DNA from: Lachnospiraceae bacterium
GTDB taxonomy: Bacteria > Bacillota > Clostridia > Lachnospirales > Lachnospiraceae
NCBI GenBank assembly: GCA_017544405.1
Contig: JAFYEE010000075.1
Span: forward strand, 3,613-67,612
DNA length: 64,000 nt
Direction of reading: 5' to 3'
The translations under genes and the position numbers were made by a program. Below, one piece after another: positions 57,073 to 64,000 of the stretch. The notes below the pieces were generated by a model. The model was not told where the DNA came from, did no database searches, and saw only the letters and a program-made list of their open reading frames with translations. Position 1 is the stretch's first letter. The number at the start of each line of letters is the position of its first letter.

Positions 57073-59355
57073 ATGGCGAGTACGGAAGTGGAAAAGGGGA
57101 CAGTGATCGCGAAGGTGGGTTATCCCATGACCCATCTGCGTCTGGTGCTGTCGGGGACGGTGGATGCCTCCTATCCCGGGGGATCCTTTGTACTCAGAAA
57201 AGGGGATGTGCTCGGGATCTGCGAGATCTGTAACGAGGTCCATTTTCTGGGATATACGGCGGCGGAGAAGGTGACCTACATTGAATATCCGCTGCGGAGT
57301 CTGGAGCATCTGGGGGATCTTTTGCGCGAGCAGGGGGATATGAGCCGGGTATTTTTGCTCAGTCTGTTCCGTCAGATCACGTTTCTGCTCGGACAGTGTT
57401 CGAATTCGGAGCTCCATTGCAGCGACCTGTACCGGAACCTGGTGAAGGACGTGGGACTTTATACCTCCCTTTCCTCGCAGCTGCGCCAGAAGGTCGAAAC
57501 GGTGCGGGGCTATGAGGAATGCAGTTCCTATCTGGTGGAGGAAGCACCTGACCTGTGGCTGGGCGATTACTATGCGGGGCTGGTGAAGCTGTATTCCGGT
57601 GCGATGGCGCCGAGCCTGGTGGCGGATCCTTCGGTCTCTCTCGGCATGATCCGGAAGGGGAGTCTGGACGCCCGCAAGGCCTACCAGATCCTGGACGGAC
57701 ATGAGCAGTATCGCCAGCAGATGGCCGGTGTGTATTTTGCGGAGGACGGGGAGGATCTCTTTGGGGAGCTATCCTCGCTCTACTATCACATGGATCACAG
57801 CAGCTCCGATGCCAAGGATCTTTTCGGGGAACTCACCCGGATCACGGAGCAGTATGACAAGGTTGCCAATCTGGAACTGCCGGTTCACATGGAGCGCATC
57901 CGGGAGCTGAACAGCAACGTGAAGAAGACTGCATCCGGCGCGGAGGAGAGCGAGAAGGATTACAACAGCGCCATGCCGATCGAGCTGGTGAATTCGCTCA
58001 ACGAGATCCTGATTTTTGCGGGGAGCGACTGGGAGGACAGCGAATCTTTCCGGCGCAATGTCAGCAACCTTCGCCAGCTCAAGGATATCGAGGCGATGGA
58101 TGATGAGACCGTCACGCTTCGCAAGAAGGTGACGCAGGAATTCTATGGTCTCTACTCGGTGCTCTTCATCAAGTCGCTGAAGGCAAAGGAGATCCCGCTT
58201 CCGGTGAAAATGTTCCTGTACTTCGGCTATTGCGACGAGGAGCTGGCGGGGGCGGAGAATTGCGTTCGTCTCGCGAATCTGGCACGGACCATGAAGGCGG
58301 ACGGAAGCGCAGGGGTCTATACCTTCTACGACTGGTTGCTCGCAATCTATCAGGGGAAAAAGAATCCCAGCCGTGATGAGTTCGAGGTGGACTATGCGGA
58401 TTATCTGCACAAGCAGGTGATCGGCGGAACGATCACCGCGGAGGAGCAGAAGGCGCTTGCCGCCAATCCGATGAGCCGCGTCGGGTACGAGCTGAAAAAT
58501 CTCTTCCCGATGGTCAACCGCATGACCTTCGGAAGGATTACGACCTTCTGTCCGGTCTTCTGCAAGCAGCATGTGCTCAAGGATCTCGAGAGTACCTACG
58601 TTACGGCCAAAGCCATCGGGACGGCCATCGAGAAGATCAAGAGCATTGATTTTTCGGCGTATTACCGGGAGAGTCTCGACCGGGAAAATGCGGAGCTGAT
58701 GTCGAAGGAACCCATCCATCTGGAATATCTGCCGGATATCATTCTGATGCCGAACGTGGGCGTGCGCGGTGTCATGTGGCAGGAGATCGAAGGAAAGGTC
58801 AGAAACAGTCCGGGCCGCATGATGCTCTCGGTCTTCCACATGGAGGATCTGCAGAATACCATGATCCGCCTGACGGGAGAGTTTCGCTGGGAACTGTGCA
58901 AGAGAGTGCAGGGCGCAAGGTGGAACGATGTCACGGATCGGTCTCTTACCAGCGAATACTTCGATTATGTGCAGTTCTACCGCAAGAACCACGACCTCAG
59001 CAACGAGGCGAAGGAGAAGGTCAAGAACGCGCTGCAGAGAGCCAAGAACAGCTACAAGGAAATGTTTGTCAGGGATTATCTGATCTGGGTGCTCTTCGAG
59101 GGAGCCGGATCCCCCAGACTGAACAAGGTGGCGAAAAATATCCTGTTTACCTACATTCCGTTCCGGAAGGATATCTGTGACAAGCTTGTCACAAATCCGC
59201 TTTACACGGAGCAGATCGAGCGGTACAGGTTCAAGGAAGCGCAGCATATGCACCGGCTGGAGACGCTCAGCAAGAAGATTATAAATTCCGGGAAGCAGGT
59301 GCCGGAGACGCTGAAGCGCGAGATGCTCTATGCGCAGGGGACACCGGTGAAATAG
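57073..59355 (+). CDS. Large hypothetical protein with N-terminal cNMP-binding-like fold
   Basis: EKGTVIAKVG..LRLVLSGTV..LRKGDVLG; C-terminal PDIILMPNVG...WQE..GR..GEFRWELCK..SLTSEY. Confidence 0.7.
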   Translation: MASTEVEKGTVIAKVGYPMTHLRLVLSGTVDASYPGGSFVLRKGDVLGICEICNEVHFLGYTAAEKVTYIEYPLRSLEHLGDLLREQGDMSRVFLLSLFRQITFLLGQCSNSELHCSDLYRNLVKDVGLYTSLSSQLRQKVETVRGYEECSSYLVEEAPDLWLGDYYAGLVKLYSGAMAPSLVADPSVSLGMIRKGSLDARKAYQILDGHEQYRQQMAGVYFAEDGEDLFGELSSLYYHMDHSSSDAKDLFGELTRITEQYDKVANLELPVHMERIRELNSNVKKTASGAEESEKDYNSAMPIELVNSLNEILIFAGSDWEDSESFRRNVSNLRQLKDIEAMDDETVTLRKKVTQEFYGLYSVLFIKSLKAKEIPLPVKMFLYFGYCDEELAGAENCVRLANLARTMKADGSAGVYTFYDWLLAIYQGKKNPSRDEFEVDYADYLHKQVIGGTITAEEQKALAANPMSRVGYELKNLFPMVNRMTFGRITTFCPVFCKQHVLKDLESTYVTAKAIGTAIEKIKSIDFSAYYRESLDRENAELMSKEPIHLEYLPDIILMPNVGVRGVMWQEIEGKVRNSPGRMMLSVFHMEDLQNTMIRLTGEFRWELCKRVQGARWNDVTDRSLTSEYFDYVQFYRKNHDLSNEAKEKVKNALQRAKNSYKEMFVRDYLIWVLFEGAGSPRLNKVAKNILFTYIPFRKDICDKLVTNPLYTEQIERYRFKEAQHMHRLETLSKKIINSGKQVPETLKREMLYAQGTPVK

Positions 59356-59380
59356 GAATCGGATCCCGGACGGATCACCC

Positions 59381-59410
59381 GCGGGCGTGGCAGCAGTCTG
59401 CCACGCCTGT
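59381..59410. terminator. GC-rich hairpin, possible terminator
   Basis: GCGGGCGTGGCAG/CTGCCACGCCTGT; no clear U-tract. Confidence 0.45.
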
Positions 59411-59476
59411 GCTGCTTGAAGACATCGCTATAACCGCGGCAGGGACATCCCCTGTCCGGAGAACGGAGCTTACTTC

Positions 59477-60400
59477 ATGATCTATACCGTGACATTCAAT
59501 CCCGCCCTGGACTACGTGGTACACATGGAAGCGGATCCCGTGATGGGGGAGACCAACCGGAGCACCGGGGAGGAACTGTATTACGGCGGCAAGGGCATCA
59601 ATGTCTCACTGGTGCTCGGACGCCTGGGAATGGAGAGCATTGCGCTCGGCTTTGTGGCGGGCTTTACCGGGGAAGCGCTGGAAAAGGGCGTAAAGGAGAT
59701 GGGGATCCGTTCCGATTTCATCCGCCTTTCCTCCGGCAATACCCGGATCAATCTAAAGCTCCGCGCGGGAAGCGAATCGGAGATCAACTGCCGAGGACCC
59801 GAGATCCCGCGTAAAGACGCGGAGGCGCTTTTTGGCAAGATCGGACAGCTCTGGGCCGGAGACTGGCTGCTTCTGGCGGGCAGCATCCCCGGATCCATGC
59901 CGGCGGACAGCTATGAAGAGATCCTGCAAAGGCTTCAGGGGAAGGGCGCGGAGACGATCGTGGATGCCTCCGGGGAGCTGCTTCGCAGGACCCTGCCGTA
60001 TCATCCCTTCCTGATCAAGCCGAACCGGAGAGAGCTCGAAGATCTCTTCGGCGTCCGGGATGCGGAGGAGGCGGATCTTTTTCGGATGGCCGGCGCTCTG
60101 CAGCGGGAAGGCGCGAGGAATGTGCTGATCTCACTCGGCGGGGAAGGCGCCCTGCTTCTCACGGAACAGGGAGAAGTGATGCGCAGCGGTGGCATCTCCG
60201 GAACCGTGCTTGGAACCGTCGGCTCCGGGGACTCGATGGTGGCAGGCTTTCTGACCGGGTACATCCGGACCGGAGACCTTCGCAGGGCGCTGCTTCTCGG
60301 GAATGCCGCGGGGGCTGCTTCCGCCTTTTCGGAGGGGCTGGCCGCAGGGGAGGATATTCTGAGAATCTACCGGGAGATCGGAGGAGAGGAGTTACTATGA
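59477..60400 (+). CDS. fruK: 1-phosphofructokinase family hexose kinase
   Basis: MIYTVTFNPALDY, GGKGINVS, TRINLK, LIKPN, TVGSGDSMVAGF. Confidence 0.9.
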   Translation: MIYTVTFNPALDYVVHMEADPVMGETNRSTGEELYYGGKGINVSLVLGRLGMESIALGFVAGFTGEALEKGVKEMGIRSDFIRLSSGNTRINLKLRAGSESEINCRGPEIPRKDAEALFGKIGQLWAGDWLLLAGSIPGSMPADSYEEILQRLQGKGAETIVDASGELLRRTLPYHPFLIKPNRRELEDLFGVRDAEEADLFRMAGALQREGARNVLISLGGEGALLLTEQGEVMRSGGISGTVLGTVGSGDSMVAGFLTGYIRTGDLRRALLLGNAAGAASAFSEGLAAGEDILRIYREIGGEELL

Positions 60401-62106
60401 AAAAGTATCAGGGAATCGGCGCTTCTGCCGGGATCGGCATCGGAACGGTACGAAAAATAAGAGAACTGCAGCTTCCACCCGCCCGGGCCCATGCCGAGGA
60501 TCCGGACGAAGAGCTGTCCCGCTTCCGCGCGTCCTGTGAGGGATACAAGCGGGAGATGGAGGATGCGGCCCGGAGCGTTCGGGAGAATGTCGGCCGTAAG
60601 GGGGCGGAGATCGTCCGGGGGCAGCTTCTGCTTCTGAACGACCCCGAGCTGATGGCGGATATCGAGCGCAGGATTACGGAAGGGAGCAGCGCGGAGAGCG
60701 CCGTGGCGGACGTCTGTGACCGGTACATCCGCATTTTTTGCGGCATGGAGGACGAGGTGACTTCGCAGCGCGCGGATGATGTGCGGGATTGCCGCAGAGG
60801 GCTTTTGCGCAGGCTCCTGGGTGTGAAGGAGACGGATCTGTCGGATCTGCCGGAGGGGAGCATCGTGGCGGCAGCAGATCTGACACCCTCCCAGGCGGGG
60901 CAGTTTCGGCGCGGCCGCGTGGCAGGCATTGTCACGGAGAGCGGCGGCCGGACCAGTCATCTGGCCATCATGGCCCGGGCACTGGAGATTCCGGCGGTTC
61001 TGTCGGCCAAAGGGATCCTGGAGGATCTCCGGGAAGGGGAGCAGCTCATCGTGGACGGCGGACGCGGACTGGTGATCGCGGATCCGGCAGAAACGGATCT
61101 GGAAGCATACGCTTCCGAGCAGAAGGCGGAACAGGAACGGCGGGCACGTCTCGAGCAGTTCCGCGGCAAATTGTCCGTCAGTGCAGATGGGTATCCCTTC
61201 CACGTGCATGCCAATATCGGGACGGTGGAAGACGCGGAGCGCGCGGTGGCAGCGGATGCGGAGGGAATCGGACTTCTGCGCACGGAATTTTTGTTCCTCG
61301 GGCGGGAGGATCTGCCCGGAGAGGAGGAACAGTTCGAGGCCTACCGCAAGATCGCGCTGCGGCTCGGCGGCCGGATCCTGACGGTGCGGACGCTGGATGC
61401 GGGAGGAGACAAGGAGATCCCGGGGCTGAAAATGCGCGCGGAGGAGAATCCCTTCCTCGGGAACCGCGCGATCCGCTACTGCCTGGGACATGAGGGATTT
61501 TTCAAGGTACAGCTCCGCGCGATCCTGCGCGCCGGTGTCTACGGACGGCTGCGGATCCTGCTTCCGATGGTGAGCTGCGTGGAAGAGGTGCGGCGCGTGC
61601 GGGAGCTTCTGGGAAGGTGCATGGAAGAGCTCCGCGCGGAAGGCAGGGAGTTTGATGCCCAGATCCCGGTCGGCGTGATGATGGAGACGCCCTCCGCGGC
61701 CATGATCGCCGATCTTCTGGCGGCGGAAGCGGACTTTTTCTCCATCGGGACCAATGATCTGACCGGATACATCATGAGCGCGGACCGTGGCAATCCCGAG
61801 GTTTCCTGCCTGAATTCGGTCTGTCAGCCGGCGGTGCTGCGCGCCATCCGGCAGATCCTGAATGCCGCGACCGAAGCGGGGATCCCGGTCGGAATGTGCG
61901 GCGAGGCGGCTGCGGACGAGCGCATGATCCCGCTTCTGATGGCCATGGGGCTGAAGGAATTTTCCGTGGATCCTTCCGCGGTCCTTCAGACGAGAGGACG
62001 GATCGCGGAGGTCTTCCTGCCGGAGGCGGAAAAGCTCATGCAGCGCACCTTTGCCGGGATCACGGAGCGTGAGATCGCGGAAATCCTGTCCTCCGAGGGA
62101 GACTGA
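60397..62106 (+). CDS. ptsI: PTS enzyme I
   Basis: GGRTSHLAIMAR (phospho-His), GIGLLRTEFLF, RTLDAGGDK, EENPFLGNRAIR, FSIGTNDL, GMCGE; 4-bp overlap with fruK. Confidence 0.93.
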   Translation: MKKYQGIGASAGIGIGTVRKIRELQLPPARAHAEDPDEELSRFRASCEGYKREMEDAARSVRENVGRKGAEIVRGQLLLLNDPELMADIERRITEGSSAESAVADVCDRYIRIFCGMEDEVTSQRADDVRDCRRGLLRRLLGVKETDLSDLPEGSIVAAADLTPSQAGQFRRGRVAGIVTESGGRTSHLAIMARALEIPAVLSAKGILEDLREGEQLIVDGGRGLVIADPAETDLEAYASEQKAEQERRARLEQFRGKLSVSADGYPFHVHANIGTVEDAERAVAADAEGIGLLRTEFLFLGREDLPGEEEQFEAYRKIALRLGGRILTVRTLDAGGDKEIPGLKMRAEENPFLGNRAIRYCLGHEGFFKVQLRAILRAGVYGRLRILLPMVSCVEEVRRVRELLGRCMEELRAEGREFDAQIPVGVMMETPSAAMIADLLAAEADFFSIGTNDLTGYIMSADRGNPEVSCLNSVCQPAVLRAIRQILNAATEAGIPVGMCGEAAADERMIPLLMAMGLKEFSVDPSAVLQTRGRIAEVFLPEAEKLMQRTFAGITEREIAEILSSEGD

Positions 62107-62141
62107 GCCGGCCCCGGACCGGGAGTTTTGCGGCCGCTCGA

Positions 62142-62178
62142 AAATCCGCGATATGTCTTGCAAGAACCACGCGGATTT
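62142..62178. promoter_or_regulatory. Nested inverted repeat upstream of the ABC exporter
   Basis: AAATCCGCG...CGCGGATTT enclosing the palindrome TCTTGCAAGA, which contains a TTGCAA -35-like hexamer. Confidence 0.45.
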
Positions 62179-62195
62179 GGTTAAATATATAGGCT

Positions 62196-64000
62196 ATGGA
62201 AAAAACAGAACCGAAACAGATTCCGGGCGCTTCCGTCCCGGACAAAAAGACGTCCGCCGTGACCCTGATCCTGAAGTTCCTCAAAGGGAGTAAGGGTCTC
62301 TTTTTGCTGAGCATTTTTTTCGCCGCGACCATGTCCTTTCTGGAGCTCGTCAACCCGCGCCTGATCGCTTACACCGTGGACTCCGTGCTGGGGGACAGAG
62401 AGCCGGATCTCCCGCGCATCATGCAGCGGGTCATGGATCTGGTGGGGCTGGGCGACCCGGCCTTCCTGCGGCCCAGGCTGTATCTGATCGCGATCGCCGT
62501 GCTCGTGGTGGCCCTTCTGTCCGCACTGTGCCGCTACCTGTTCCGCACCTTCAATTCCCGTGCGGAGGAGCGCATGGTCCGCAATATGCGGGAGCGTCTG
62601 TACGATCACATCATTCACCTGCCGATCACCTGGCACAACCGGAACCAGACCGGTGATATCATTCAGCGCTGCACATCCGATGTGGACACGATCCGCAATT
62701 TCCTCTCGGAGCAGCTGGTGACGCTGGTGCGCGTGGTCATTCTGATCGTCCTCGCCATCTGGTTTATGGCCGGCGTGCATGTCGGGCTGACCGTGGTGGC
62801 GGTGCTGCTGGTTCCGTTTATCATCGGGTACTCCCTGTATTTTCACAACAAGATCGGGGAGAGCTTCCAGCACGTGGACGAGATGGAGGGGCGTCTGTCC
62901 GCGATGGCGCAGGAAAATCTGGCCGGCGTGCGCGTGGTGCGGGCCTTCGGACGCGAAAAGTACGAGAAGGACCGCTTCGAGAAGATGAACGAGACCTACA
63001 TGAATACCTGGATTCATCTGATGAAGCTTCTGAGCAGATTCTGGGCGCTCGGTGACCTCACCAGCGGACTTCAGGTCTTGTTGATCGTACTGGCGGGCGC
63101 CATCCTGTGCGTGCGCGGGGAGCTGACCGCCGGAGAATACATCGCGTTCATCTCCTACAATGCGATGCTGACCTGGCCGGTGCGTATGCTGGGGCGTGTG
63201 ATTTCCGACATGAGTAAGGCGGGGATCTCCATCGAGCGTATCCGCTATATCATCGATTCCGTTCCGGAGGAGCCACAGGCGCCTGTGCCGGAGCGTGTTC
63301 CGGATTTTTCCGGGGATATCACCTTCGATCATGTCTCCTTCGGCTATGAGCAGGAGGAGGTTCTGCGGGATGTCAGCTTCACGCTTCCGGGCGGTCGGAC
63401 CCTGGGGATCCTGGGCGGAACCGGGTCGGGCAAGTCCACGTTGGTGCAGCTTCTGGACCGGCTCTATGATCTGGACGCCGATCAGGGCGCGATCCGCATC
63501 GACGGCGTGGATATCCGCGAGCTGCCCCGCAAGGTGCTGCGTGAGCATGTCGGCATGGTGCTGCAGGAGCCGTTCCTCTTCTCCGGCAGTCTGGAGGAGA
63601 ATATCCTTCTGACATTGGAACGGGGCACCGGGAAGGAACAGGAGCGGAAAGAGTATCGTCAGAAGCGGCTTCACCAGGCAGCTTCGGTGGCGGCCCTGGA
63701 GGATACGGTCCGAAAGTTTGCCAAGGGATATGACACTTATGTCGGAGAACGCGGCGTCACGCTTTCCGGCGGACAGAAGCAGCGCACGGCCATCGCGCAG
63801 GTGCTGGTGTCCCGTCCGCCCATCATGATCTTCGATGATTCGCTCTCCGCGGTGGACGCGCAGACCGATGCCTATATCCGCAAGCAGCTGCAGAAAACCC
63901 AGGCCGGTACGACCACGATCCTGATTTCGCACCGGATCTCCACCCTGATGAAGGCGGATCTGATCTGTGTGCTCGATCACGGGCGTGTCGCGGAGCTGGG
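62196..64000 (+). CDS. ABC exporter, fused permease/ATPase (3' truncated; absent from the ORF track)
   Basis: Own translation from ATG 62196 (MEKTEPKQ...): TM domain, TGDIIQRCTSD, Walker A GGTGSGKST, VGERGVTLSGGQKQR, IFDDSLSAVD, ISHR. Confidence 0.93.
   Translation, partial: MEKTEPKQIPGASVPDKKTSAVTLILKFLKGSKGLFLLSIFFAATMSFLELVNPRLIAYTVDSVLGDREPDLPRIMQRVMDLVGLGDPAFLRPRLYLIAIAVLVVALLSALCRYLFRTFNSRAEERMVRNMRERLYDHIIHLPITWHNRNQTGDIIQRCTSDVDTIRNFLSEQLVTLVRVVILIVLAIWFMAGVHVGLTVVAVLLVPFIIGYSLYFHNKIGESFQHVDEMEGRLSAMAQENLAGVRVVRAFGREKYEKDRFEKMNETYMNTWIHLMKLLSRFWALGDLTSGLQVLLIVLAGAILCVRGELTAGEYIAFISYNAMLTWPVRMLGRVISDMSKAGISIERIRYIIDSVPEEPQAPVPERVPDFSGDITFDHVSFGYEQEEVLRDVSFTLPGGRTLGILGGTGSGKSTLVQLLDRLYDLDADQGAIRIDGVDIRELPRKVLREHVGMVLQEPFLFSGSLEENILLTLERGTGKEQERKEYRQKRLHQAASVAALEDTVRKFAKGYDTYVGERGVTLSGGQKQRTAIAQVLVSRPPIMIFDDSLSAVDAQTDAYIRKQLQKTQAGTTTILISHRISTLMKADLICVLDHGRVAEL

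Noticed and set aside
252-63980. Many long antisense ORFs (e.g. 7593-9968, 20618-23452, 37101-39275, 62181-63980)
   Set aside because: Shadows of well-supported genes caused by GC-rich codon bias; no motifs or RBSs. At 62-64 kb the real gene is the plus-strand ABC exporter.

Overview
64-kb chromosomal window from a GC-rich Clostridia genome, most likely Lachnospiraceae (inferred from gene content). I see no rRNA, tRNA, CRISPR array, transposase or phage genes. In order it contains: the end of a sugar ABC operon; two membrane EAL genes flanking a GH5; amrA/amrS; a toxin-like gene with Ntox11-type motifs co-transcribed with a GNAT acetyltransferase; GH2; a cstA operon; an XRE regulator; a stand-alone EAL; a ~21-kb beta-1,3-glucan phosphorolysis locus (GH55, GH94, GH161, ABC importer, SBP + YesM/YesN-type system, sugar-binding GGDEF, permuted GH3); an alpha/beta-hydrolase / membrane MurF / Ddl / clostripain operon; a histone-H1-like AKK-repeat protein; a YhaO/YhaN-like nuclease-ATPase pair; Zn-ribbon and FRG genes; copA; a CDF transporter; a hybrid kinase; a cNMP-fold protein; fruK-ptsI; and a truncated ABC exporter missing from the ORF track. 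Strongest candidate novelties: (1) the Ntox11-like toxin + GNAT pair; (2) two inverted, diverged copies of a ~180-nt structured non-coding element between the FRG gene and copA; (3) a shared motif (A-rich tract + GACAC, 47 bp before a -10 hexamer) at three promoters of the glucan locus; (4) an intrinsic terminator inside the XRE CDS, upstream of its stop codon. Family calls come from motif recognition by eye, not database searches.
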